Origin: a virus | Lineage: Duplodnaviria > Caudoviricetes | Virus record (IMG/VR): IMGVR_UViG_3300020463_000001 | Span: 136,734 to 200,733 of that record | Length of the DNA stretch: 64,000 nucleotides | Direction: 5' to 3' (one strand) | In this document: positions 49,325 to 57,182 of the stretch, one piece after another | Layout: the number at the start of each line of letters is the position of its first letter | Numbering within the stretch: the first letter of the stretch is position 1 | Notes under the pieces: generated by a model | What the model saw: the letters and a program-made list of their open reading frames with translations, nothing else | The model's database searches: none | Told to the model about the DNA's origin: nothing | Translations under genes and position numbers: made by a program

Positions 49325-50563
49325 ATGGATGTATCTATCTATTCAAAATCGGGTTGTCCCTTTTGCGTAAAGGCAAAAGATTGGTTTGAAGATTTTGATA
49401 TTAAATATACAGAGGTTGTTCTTGATGATGAAGAACAGCGTCTATCATTTTATCAAAGAATAAATGGTTCAAAAGAAGTTCTAGGGACAGGTTCGTTCCC
49501 TAGAAGAGTTAACTCTATGCCTCAGATATTTGTCGATGACAAACATATCGGTGGGTATGATGATTTGATGGTTAGTGCAGATAAGATACTGAAGAAAGTA
49601 TCTGGTGGATTGACAAAAGTATCTCAGACATATAAACCATTCTTTTATCCTTGGGCAGTAGAACTGACTACGAAACATGAAAAAGTTCACTGGATCGAAG
49701 ATGAAGTTGACCTATCCGAAGATGTGATGGATTGGAAGACTGGTAGGGTGTCAGAAACAGAAAAGGAATACATAACAAACATCCTTAGATTGTTTACTCA
49801 ATCAGATGTGGAAGTTGGTAAGAACTATTACGATCAATTCATTCCCAGAATTAAGAATAATGAAGTTCGTAATATGTTGGGGTCATTCGCTGCGAGAGAA
49901 GGTATCCATCAAAGGGCCTACGCACTGTTAAACGAGACTCTTGGATTGCCTGATAGTGAGTATCACGCATTCTTGGAGTATCAGGAAATGACCGACAAGG
50001 TAGAGTTCATGACAGACTCCGATCCTTCTACTGTAAGAGGTTTGGGGCTCGCCTTCGCAAAATCTGTATTCAACGAAGGTGTCGCACTGTTTGCCTCATT
50101 CGTAATGTTGCTCAACTTCCAGAGATATGGAAAGATGAAAGGAATGGGTAAGGTCGTAGAGTGGTCTATCAGAGACGAATCTATGCACGTTGAGGGAAAC
50201 GCAAATCTATTCAGATCATACTGTTCAGAACATCCAAGAATTGTAGATGATTCCTTTAAGAAAGAAATTTATGAAATGTCCAAGACTGCAGTTAAGTTAG
50301 AAGATAAGTTTATTGACTTGGCTTACAGTCTAGGAGATATTGATGGACTGTCTTCAAATGAGGTGAAAGTTTATATTAGATATATAACTGATAGAAGATT
50401 ACTTCAATTGGGACTAAAACCTGTGTTTAAGGTAAAAACGAATCCTCTTCCTTGGTTGGAATGGATTCTAAATGGCGCAGATCACACCAACTTCTTCGAA
50501 AATAGGGTTACGGAATACGAAGTTGCAGGGCTGGTTGGAAGTTGGGATGATGCCTACGCATAA
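49325..50563 (+). CDS. nrdB: Glutaredoxin-NrdB fusion (RNR beta subunit)
   Basis: N-terminal CPFC glutaredoxin, then FTQSD, EGIHQRAY, EGVALF, RDESMH. Confidence 0.92.
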   Translation: MDVSIYSKSGCPFCVKAKDWFEDFDIKYTEVVLDDEEQRLSFYQRINGSKEVLGTGSFPRRVNSMPQIFVDDKHIGGYDDLMVSADKILKKVSGGLTKVSQTYKPFFYPWAVELTTKHEKVHWIEDEVDLSEDVMDWKTGRVSETEKEYITNILRLFTQSDVEVGKNYYDQFIPRIKNNEVRNMLGSFAAREGIHQRAYALLNETLGLPDSEYHAFLEYQEMTDKVEFMTDSDPSTVRGLGLAFAKSVFNEGVALFASFVMLLNFQRYGKMKGMGKVVEWSIRDESMHVEGNANLFRSYCSEHPRIVDDSFKKEIYEMSKTAVKLEDKFIDLAYSLGDIDGLSSNEVKVYIRYITDRRLLQLGLKPVFKVKTNPLPWLEWILNGADHTNFFENRVTEYEVAGLVGSWDDAYA

Positions 50564-50575
50564 ATAGGAATGTAG

Positions 50576-50788
50576 ATGTCAAGAGATAACGCATTAGAGA
50601 TTCTAGAGTGTCGTTATTGTTCTTGTTACTTTGAAATATTTTTAAGAAATATAGATGATAGTGTGAATTATTGCCCGAATTGTGGAGAACAAATTTCGGG
50701 CAGTTACTCTTTAGAAGATGATGAAGATGAAGATGAAGATGAGGGTAGAGATTTATATAATGAAACTAATAGGTTATGGTCAGATTAG
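50576..50788 (+). CDS. Zinc-ribbon protein with acidic tail
   Basis: ECRYC..YCPNCG. Confidence 0.6.
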   Translation: MSRDNALEILECRYCSCYFEIFLRNIDDSVNYCPNCGEQISGSYSLEDDEDEDEDEGRDLYNETNRLWSD

Positions 50789-51345
50789 GCGGAATTGATT
50801 ACAGTTTAACATCACCATCTGTATGTGTATACACAGGAGAACCAGAAGATTTTTCATTTGAGTCTTGTGGTGTGTACTTCCTGTCACCTACTAAAAAATA
50901 TTCAGAGTATTCTTTCAAGAACATAGACGGTCAATCGACAATATTTACTTATGAGTATCCCGAAGAGAGATATGATTTTATATCCGATTGGGCGATAGAT
51001 ATTGTATTGACAAACGAGATAGAATCTGTTTATATAGAAGATTATAGTTATAACTCTACAGGAAAGGTATTTCATATCGCAGAAAACTGTGGCCTTCTGA
51101 AGTGGAAACTATGGAATTCGGAGATAGATTATCATCTAGTATCACCAGCGGAGATTAAAAAGTTCGCTTCTGGTAAAGGAAATGCGAATAAAGAACTGAT
51201 GTATGAGAGTTTTATTTCTTCTACAGATGTTGATCTGAAGCAGTATCTAGAATCTAAATCTACAAAAATAGGAAATCCAATATCGGATATCATAGATTCC
51301 TATTATATTTGCAAATATGGTATAAATTTACTTGACAAAGACTAG
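50776..51345 (+). CDS. RuvC/RNase H-fold nuclease-like protein
   Basis: GIDYS, IEDY, DIIDS acidic pattern. Confidence 0.6.
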   Translation: MVRLGGIDYSLTSPSVCVYTGEPEDFSFESCGVYFLSPTKKYSEYSFKNIDGQSTIFTYEYPEERYDFISDWAIDIVLTNEIESVYIEDYSYNSTGKVFHIAENCGLLKWKLWNSEIDYHLVSPAEIKKFASGKGNANKELMYESFISSTDVDLKQYLESKSTKIGNPISDIIDSYYICKYGINLLDKD

Positions 51346-51360
51346 ATTATTCTATAGAAT
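51332..51360 (+). promoter_or_regulatory. Sigma70 promoter (TTGACA-17-TAGAAT)
   Basis: Hexamers at 51332-51337 and 51355-51360. Confidence 0.8.
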
Positions 51361-51387
51361 GGTCTTATCTTTTAATTGAGTAAATTT

Positions 51388-51687
51388 ATGCAGATAATTT
51401 ACGGCAGCATGAGACACGATCCATCAGGTAGAAAACGGAAAACGTCTCGCAAATCTACTAAAAAATACCAACAAGAATTTCGTCCGCTCAAGACTAAACC
51501 TAATGTCCTTAGACAAGAAACTGTTTATCCTTCTAGAGAGTTGACAAGTTCGACTACTTGTGGTATGATAGAAAAACAAAAATATACAGGCGATTCTATT
51601 GTAGGTATCGCCACTATGCATAAGTCTAACGCAGTCCCAGTTACAAGTGCAAAATACGCAGAAGAAATATCAAGGATGGGGAAATGA
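51388..51687 (+). CDS. Basic hypothetical
   Basis: YTG..IVGIATMHKSNAVPV motif. Confidence 0.6.
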   Translation: MQIIYGSMRHDPSGRKRKTSRKSTKKYQQEFRPLKTKPNVLRQETVYPSRELTSSTTCGMIEKQKYTGDSIVGIATMHKSNAVPVTSAKYAEEISRMGK

Positions 51688-52238
51688 ATGTATTTGTATT
51701 AAGTCGCGATCCGGTTGAGGCAGCACAACAACAGTGTGATAAACACATTCCGAAGATGGTTGTTGAATCAGCTCAGATGCTCTCAACAGTCCATCGTATA
51801 CTGGATGGAGTTGAAATGTTGAAACCATCTGTATCCGGAAAAACACAAGTAAAGTATTATATGTTGCCGGACAATAGAGAACTAACTCTATACAAGGCTG
51901 TTCATCATAAACATCCATGCACTGTATGGACTGGTGAATCTTTCATCAATTACAGGTGGCACTGGAAACATTTTTCTGCGCTCTGTGACGAATATACGCA
52001 CCGCTACGGTAAGGTTCACGCAACTGATACGAAACTACGAGAAGAACTGGAAAGGATGCCAGACAACATCCCACGCACCAGAATGACCGATTTTAAACTG
52101 GCAATGCAGTCAAATCCAGAGTGTATGTTCCCAGAAGATCCTGTTAAGTCATATCAAAAATTTTACATGACAAAACAGAAAAGATTCAATATGAAATGGA
52201 CTAACAGAAAAGTACCGGAGTGGTTTAAGTATGAGTGA
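51684..52238 (+). CDS. Pyrimidine-dimer DNA glycosylase (DenV)-like family
   Basis: MNVFVL.DP..A..CDKH..KMVVESAQMLST..HPCTVW..EYT.RYGK.H. Confidence 0.7.
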   Translation: MNVFVLSRDPVEAAQQQCDKHIPKMVVESAQMLSTVHRILDGVEMLKPSVSGKTQVKYYMLPDNRELTLYKAVHHKHPCTVWTGESFINYRWHWKHFSALCDEYTHRYGKVHATDTKLREELERMPDNIPRTRMTDFKLAMQSNPECMFPEDPVKSYQKFYMTKQKRFNMKWTNRKVPEWFKYE

Positions 52239-52518
52239 ATTTATTGGAAAGATTGGTGAAAGGGCTCTTTGGTTCGCAAAGATCATCGAAAAGAAAGATG
52301 TCAATACTCACTATGGAGCAAGCACAGTCTATAGCGTTGTGACCCAGACCGGAAGGTACGGATCATTCTTTGCTGATAACAATGATCAATTAGATGTTGA
52401 TATTTGTTTTCATTTCAAAGGAACTGTCAAGTCTCATGATTTTAATCAATACACAAACAGAAATGAGACAAAGTTCAATAGGGTATCGATTGGAGATGTC
52501 ATAGGAAAAGCTTCTTGA
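52231..52518 (+). CDS. Hypothetical, OB-fold-like
   Basis: FIGKIGER..YGAST..FKGTVKSH..ETKFNRV. Confidence 0.5.
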   Translation: MSEFIGKIGERALWFAKIIEKKDVNTHYGASTVYSVVTQTGRYGSFFADNNDQLDVDICFHFKGTVKSHDFNQYTNRNETKFNRVSIGDVIGKAS

Positions 52519-52543
52519 CAAACTCCGAATATCTCGGTATACT
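52515..52543 (+). promoter_or_regulatory. Sigma70 promoter (TTGACA-17-TATACT)
   Basis: Hexamers at 52515-52520 and 52538-52543. Confidence 0.8.
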
Positions 52544-52571
52544 GTTCTACAATATAAAAATGGATTTCTAA

Positions 52572-53450
52572 ATGATTTTGGTTGATTTGAATCAAGTTGT
52601 AATATCTAACTTGATGACGCAGATAAACTCCTACCAAGAAACTGTCGATGAAAATTTAATTCGACACATGATTCTCAACAGCATTCTAAGTGTTAAAAAG
52701 AGGTTCTCTGGAGACTATGGAAATATTATCCTCTGTTGTGATAATAAAAATTTTTGGCGTAAGGAGATTTATCCGTATTATAAAGCTTCTCGTAGGAAAA
52801 TGCGTGAAGATTCTGATTATGATTGGAATCTTATCTTTAATACTATTACTGATGTAAAGAGAGATCTACGAGAAGTTTTTCCTTACAAGATACTTGAAGT
52901 CGAACACGCAGAGGCAGATGATATAATCGGTGTTCTCACAAGACACTTTTCTTCAAGAGAAAAGATACTGATCATCTCTAGTGACAAAGACTTCAAGCAA
53001 CTTCAACGATACGAAGGAGTTGCACAATACAGTCCTATTTTGAAGAAATTTATCTCAACTTCCGATCCTTATAAATATATCAGAGAACATATTATTAGGG
53101 GCGATAGAGGTGATGGTATTCCCAATTTTTTGTCTCCAGATGATGTATTTGTGTCAGGTAAGAGACAGAAGGCCCTATCCAAAAATAAGATGGTAGATTG
53201 GTTGGACATAGACAGAGATCCAGAGGATTTCTGTGATTCGAATATGTTGAAGAATTACAAAAGAAATCAGCAACTGGTCGATCTAACATTCGTTCCCGAA
53301 GAAATAGAGAATCAAATTCTCCAAGAGTATCAGAAACTTCCGACTGGTGACATGAAGAAAGTTTTTGATTATTTTATTAAAAACAAGATGATTCTTCTTA
53401 TGGATGAATTATCTGAGTTTAAAGAGGCAAATTATGAAGTTAGTATCTGA
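52572..53450 (+). CDS. rnh: RNase H / 5'-3' exonuclease
   Basis: ILVDLNQ, YKASR, EADDIIG, SSDKDF, GDRGDGIPN. Confidence 0.93.
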   Translation: MILVDLNQVVISNLMTQINSYQETVDENLIRHMILNSILSVKKRFSGDYGNIILCCDNKNFWRKEIYPYYKASRRKMREDSDYDWNLIFNTITDVKRDLREVFPYKILEVEHAEADDIIGVLTRHFSSREKILIISSDKDFKQLQRYEGVAQYSPILKKFISTSDPYKYIREHIIRGDRGDGIPNFLSPDDVFVSGKRQKALSKNKMVDWLDIDRDPEDFCDSNMLKNYKRNQQLVDLTFVPEEIENQILQEYQKLPTGDMKKVFDYFIKNKMILLMDELSEFKEANYEVSI

Positions 53451-53856
53451 AATCTTTGAGGAAATAGAGTCCACACGATCTATTAATCAAAAGAAAGATA
53501 TTCTATCCGGCCATAAAAGGACTGGATTCTTGAGTGTTTTACAACATATGTTCGATAGGAACATCAAGTTCGCTATCAAAAAAATTCCAGAATATCGCCC
53601 ATCCAAGGCACCTCTAGGACTGGAAGACAGTTATCTAGAGAAAGCAATGAAAGATCTTAGACTGTTCTACACGGACAGCAACGTATCCGAAGAAAGAATG
53701 AAAATCATTCTTATTCAGATTCTTGAGAGTCTTAATCCCAAAGAGGCAGAAATCCTCTGTAAGATTATCACTCGCAAGATAAAGGTTTCCGGTCTGACTG
53801 AGAGATTAGTTAGAGAAGTTCATCCAGACCTTCTACCGGAAGCAGTAGGGGAGTAA
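53434..53856 (+). CDS. Conserved hypothetical downstream of rnh
   Basis: SEIFE..FIQILESL.PKEAE.L..GLT..LV.E..P.LLP. Confidence 0.6.
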   Translation: MKLVSEIFEEIESTRSINQKKDILSGHKRTGFLSVLQHMFDRNIKFAIKKIPEYRPSKAPLGLEDSYLEKAMKDLRLFYTDSNVSEERMKIILIQILESLNPKEAEILCKIITRKIKVSGLTERLVREVHPDLLPEAVGE

Positions 53857-53863
53857 TAGTCTG

Positions 53864-54025
53864 ATGAATATGATGAGTAAATTCGTGAAAGGTTCATTTT
53901 TAGTTCTTGTTTTCGTTTTTATTATGTCATGTTTCAATCAAACTAATGCTTTAATCGATGACTTTGTTCATGTAAAATATAATGGGATAATTGATGAAAA
54001 ACAAGAAAGATTTTCACAAAAATAA
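53864..54025 (+). CDS. Small membrane/lipoprotein-like ORF, 53 aa (absent from ORF track)
   Basis: MNMMSKFVKGSFLVLVFVFIMSC...; follows GGGGAG. Confidence 0.4.
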   Translation: MNMMSKFVKGSFLVLVFVFIMSCFNQTNALIDDFVHVKYNGIIDEKQERFSQK

Positions 54026-54245
54026 TCGTCACCACAAAATAGAAAGTTATAAAAACTTTTCTAAAAATCTAGTGGTCAAATTGCGGCCTATAATCAACTT
54101 TAGAAAGACTTGGGGATATGAAGTCAAACTTATTGACTTTGCTTCTGAGTGGTCTAGAGAAAATGGGCCAGAAGTAACCGCAAAGTTCTTTCTCAGAGAA
54201 AACGAAGCAAGAACTTATGCAAAAGAATTAGCAGGAGCTTCATAA
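53991..54245 (+). CDS. Hypothetical
   Basis: ORF in an overlapping chain. Confidence 0.45.
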   Translation: MMKNKKDFHKNNRHHKIESYKNFSKNLVVKLRPIINFRKTWGYEVKLIDFASEWSRENGPEVTAKFFLRENEARTYAKELAGAS

Positions 54246-54436
54246 TGCAAGATTTTGAAGAATATATGCGTCCAGAAGATACGGAAAAGTGGAATAATGA
54301 TCCATACTATGCCGGTTGGTTCTGGTCAAATGAAGAAAATGACTTCTTCCGATGGCCAACATTCGTTGCTAAGAGTCGTATGTATGACCTCAAAGCAACA
54401 GTAACATCAACAACTTATGATAGGAGTTTAGTTTAA
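54245..54436 (+). CDS. Hypothetical
   Basis: TAATG-coupled, AGGAG RBS. Confidence 0.55.
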   Translation: MQDFEEYMRPEDTEKWNNDPYYAGWFWSNEENDFFRWPTFVAKSRMYDLKATVTSTTYDRSLV

Positions 54437-54439
54437 ATT

Positions 54440-54736
54440 ATGGCAAAAGGAAAGGGCGGATCTAAGACCGCAAATATCTCATCTGGCCCAAAGGTATCTG
54501 CGGGCCCATCTAGGAGTCGTTGGGCAGGCGATCCTAATCGTCCAATGCAACGTGCGATGAACCAACTCAACGCATGGAAGAAAGGTAAGAATGTTGTTCT
54601 TACAGTTCCCAATCCGGACAAAAACGTAACCAATGCTCGGTACATCAAAGTGAATGCCAGAGAGTATTGGGGTAGTCCTTTCAAGAAGCAACAACCTTCT
54701 AAGAAGGCTGTAGAGACCGAAAAGGGAGACGAATAA
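54440..54736 (+). CDS. Basic hypothetical
   Basis: LNAWKKGKNVVLTVPNP motif. Confidence 0.6.
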   Translation: MAKGKGGSKTANISSGPKVSAGPSRSRWAGDPNRPMQRAMNQLNAWKKGKNVVLTVPNPDKNVTNARYIKVNAREYWGSPFKKQQPSKKAVETEKGDE

Positions 54737-55044
54737 TGACATTATCTAGAGGAGCAGTGGTGGCAACTAGAACTAACTTGAAGTCGTTAACGAGACAAGA
54801 AATTGAAATGTCTCTCAAGAGGGGCAAGTTCTTGATAGATTTTACCAAAGTCAATGGAGATCAGAGAAAACTTCTCTGTACTCTATCTCAAAAGTTTATG
54901 CCCAAGGCAGAATTTAATGTCAGTCGGGTAGAAGCAAAACGACAAAAAAACACAGAAACTCTTTCCGTATGGGATTTAGAGTCTGAGTCTTGGAAGTCGT
55001 TTAGAATCAATTCTGTTAAATCATTGGAACAAGTGAATGACTAG
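54736..55044 (+). CDS. WYL/SH3-like hypothetical (DUF2693-like)
   Basis: FTKVNGDQRKLLCTL..VWDLESESWKSFRI. Confidence 0.65.
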   Translation: MTLSRGAVVATRTNLKSLTRQEIEMSLKRGKFLIDFTKVNGDQRKLLCTLSQKFMPKAEFNVSRVEAKRQKNTETLSVWDLESESWKSFRINSVKSLEQVND

Positions 55045-55189
55045 AGAAGAAGAATTCGAAATCTATAAAAAGATTTACATCGATGTTTATCGTAAAAGAT
55101 GGGGAAGAGATCCTCATATCATCCGAGGCAGTCTCTTCGTGGAAAGTCTCAAATATATCCTTAGTGCAGTTTACGAAGTAGACGTATAG
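55037..55189 (+). CDS. Small hypothetical, 50 aa (absent from ORF track)
   Basis: MTREEEFEIYKKIYIDVYRKRWGRDPH...; overlaps the preceding stop. Confidence 0.5.
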   Translation: MTREEEFEIYKKIYIDVYRKRWGRDPHIIRGSLFVESLKYILSAVYEVDV

Positions 55190-55195
55190 AACCAT

Positions 55196-55271
<76 letters not shown>

Positions 55272-55276
55272 AATAT

Positions 55277-55353
55277 CCGTCTGTAGCTCAATAGGATAGA
55301 GCAACGGCCTTCTAAGCCGTAGGTTACAGGTTCGACTCCTGTCAGACGGGCCA
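55277..55353 (+). tRNA. tRNA-Arg (TCT)
   Basis: CCGTCTG/CAGACGG acceptor stem, ACGGC-CTTCTAA-GCCGT anticodon arm, GGTTCGA T-loop, encoded CCA. Confidence 0.96.
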
Positions 55354-55359
55354 CAATTC

Positions 55360-55434
55360 TGAAACACTTTGTAACATTTTGATACAATTTGATACAAAAA
55401 AGTTCTTGATTATTGATTAATATTAGTCTATAAT
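55360..55434 (+). promoter_or_regulatory. Four 10-bp direct repeats followed by a sigma70 promoter (TTGATT-17-TATAAT)
   Basis: GAAACACTTT GTAACATTTT GATACAATTT GATACAAAAA at 55361-55400; -35 at 55406, -10 at 55429. Confidence 0.7.
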
Positions 55435-55462
55435 ATACACATAAACAATTGAGAGAGAATTT

Positions 55463-55876
55463 ATGTCTGTACAAACTTTTGAGACCAACGTAGTCGAGAT
55501 AGCCGGTGAAAGGGTTGTACGAAGACCGATGGGAACATTTACTGGAGAAAAGGAAACTTCTATCCCAGAGAAATTCGAACAGACTGTTCAAGTCGAGGGT
55601 CTCACTGTTTGGAGATCAAATGGTGAGGTTCCTTTTTCGGATATGCTTCTAGACTTCGTTTCATATGGTAAAATTACCTTTGAACAGGCAGAGTTTTCCG
55701 CTCTGCAGAGAAAGAAGGACACAGAATCATCTCTTGCGACTCTGTTTCGTGGCCCAAAGGGGGATCTTTTCTTGGGAGAAGGTGCATTGGGATATCGCGA
55801 AGAACGACTTGCGAAAATTGCAAAAAATGAAGAGTTTTCTTCACAAATTACCACTTTAATGCCAATTAATTCATAA
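55463..55876 (+). CDS. Hypothetical early protein
   Basis: Own promoter and GAGAG RBS; VWRSNGEVPFSDML. Confidence 0.6.
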   Translation: MSVQTFETNVVEIAGERVVRRPMGTFTGEKETSIPEKFEQTVQVEGLTVWRSNGEVPFSDMLLDFVSYGKITFEQAEFSALQRKKDTESSLATLFRGPKGDLFLGEGALGYREERLAKIAKNEEFSSQITTLMPINS

Positions 55877-55877
55877 A

Positions 55878-55911
55878 AACCCTTGACAGGGTTGCGGATT
55901 TTTAGTATAAT
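55878..55911 (+). promoter_or_regulatory. Perfect sigma70 promoter with a palindrome over the -35 box
   Basis: TTGACA 55883-55888 and TATAAT 55906-55911; AACCCT-TGAC-AGGGTT at 55878-55893. Confidence 0.85.
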
Positions 55912-55940
55912 ATAACCATAAATTGATGAGGAAATACCAA

Positions 55941-56270
55941 ATGAGAGAAGAACTATCAGAATATGTCCACCACATCGGCGAAGACTATACAAGTTGGATC
56001 GGTGCTGCGGGACGAAGTGAAGATGCGGTTTCTGGTAAGATGGCGCGAGAGTTCGTCGCCGGCCTTGCGACCAAGGAAGGTCAGAAATATATCAAAGTCA
56101 TCACCGGAAATTCTGTCCACTCTTTCATCGTCAACACCGAAAAGGACGCAAAGTTCAAGAAGGGTGACATTCTGAAGGCTGCAAGTTGGAATGCTCCTGC
56201 TCGCAACTTCTCAAGGGGTAACATCCTTGAAGGAAACTTTGGCGGAGCAACTTGGACAGGAGCTAACTAA
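55941..56270 (+). CDS. Conserved early hypothetical
   Basis: GQKYIKV..SVHSFIV..F.KGDILKAASWNAPARNF.RGNI; ATG after GAGG. Confidence 0.65.
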   Translation: MREELSEYVHHIGEDYTSWIGAAGRSEDAVSGKMAREFVAGLATKEGQKYIKVITGNSVHSFIVNTEKDAKFKKGDILKAASWNAPARNFSRGNILEGNFGGATWTGAN

Positions 56271-56431
56271 TGATACGAGTTATTTTGGGTCTTTTGTTAG
56301 TTCTTGGTGCTGCTGGGGGGTTGGAGGTTGATACTCTAACTCTCCAAGAAAGTATCCTTTGGGCAGGATTCTCTGCCATATTAATTGTGACTGGTCTTTA
56401 TCGTGTTTTGGAGATTCATAGTGGCGGATAA
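56270..56431 (+). CDS. Small two-TM membrane protein, 53 aa (absent from ORF track)
   Basis: MIRVILGLLLVLGAAGGLE..ILWAGFSAILIVTGL; TAATG-coupled. Confidence 0.6.
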   Translation: MIRVILGLLLVLGAAGGLEVDTLTLQESILWAGFSAILIVTGLYRVLEIHSGG

Positions 56432-56573
56432 AATCGTTGTTCAGATATCAACCTCTGGTGTAGAGAAAGTCTTTGAGACTTCTACGGAGGCCTCTGAGTT
56501 TTTTGGTGCTGAAGTTTGGGAAGCAATCGTAGATGGAATTCATACCGAATACTGTCTTATTGAGGAAGTGTGA
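56421..56573 (+). CDS. Small acidic hypothetical, 50 aa (absent from ORF track)
   Basis: GTG start after GGAG; stop overlaps the next GTG. Confidence 0.5.
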   Translation: MADKIVVQISTSGVEKVFETSTEASEFFGAEVWEAIVDGIHTEYCLIEEV

Positions 56574-57163
56574 AACATAAAGTAATTCTTACAGACTGTG
56601 ACGGAGTGCTTCTGGATTGGGGGCACTCTTTTTCTGCGTGGATGAAAGAAAGGGGTTACAAGACAACCGAAAACTACCACACCAAGTATAATATCGGTCA
56701 GCGATATGCATTAAGTAAAGGGGAAGGTAGGAAACTTGTAAAAGAATTCAATGAGAGCGTCAATATAGCTCACCTAACTCCACTGAGAGACTCTATAAAG
56801 TATATTCGTAAGATACATGAAGAATTGGGTTATGTCTTCCATGTGATTACCAGTTTGAGTTCTAACCCATACGCAATAAAGGCTAGAGAAGAAAACCTTA
56901 AGAAGTTATACGGAGAAACATTCTGCGAGAAACTTGTTTGTTTGGAGACTGGTGCAGACAAGAACGAAGCACTAGAACCATACCGCAATAGTGGGTGTCT
57001 CTGGGTTGAAGACAAGGGAGAGAACGCCCTACTGGGTAGTGAGATGGGTCTTGAGTCTATCCTGATGAAACATCGATTCAACGAAGGAACTGTTGATGGG
57101 TCTGTGCGTCAAGTCAGAAACTGGAAAGAGATTTATCAATACATAAAGAAAGGGGGGTCTTAG
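56570..57163 (+). CDS. HAD-family 5'(3')-nucleotidase-like
   Basis: ILTDCDGVLLDW, ITS, K, WVED motifs. Confidence 0.8.
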   Translation: MKHKVILTDCDGVLLDWGHSFSAWMKERGYKTTENYHTKYNIGQRYALSKGEGRKLVKEFNESVNIAHLTPLRDSIKYIRKIHEELGYVFHVITSLSSNPYAIKAREENLKKLYGETFCEKLVCLETGADKNEALEPYRNSGCLWVEDKGENALLGSEMGLESILMKHRFNEGTVDGSVRQVRNWKEIYQYIKKGGS

Positions 57164-57170
57164 ACCCCCC
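57152..57170. terminator. Bidirectional terminator at a convergent junction
   Basis: GGGGGGTC-TTA-GACCCCCC with an A-rich left flank and a T-rich right flank. Confidence 0.8.
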
Positions 57171-57182
57171 ATATTCTTTTCA

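Noticed and set aside
28610-53077. TATAAATA copies deep inside gp41 (28610) and rnh (53070)
   Set aside because: They are far from any start codon and are expected by chance in AT-rich DNA.
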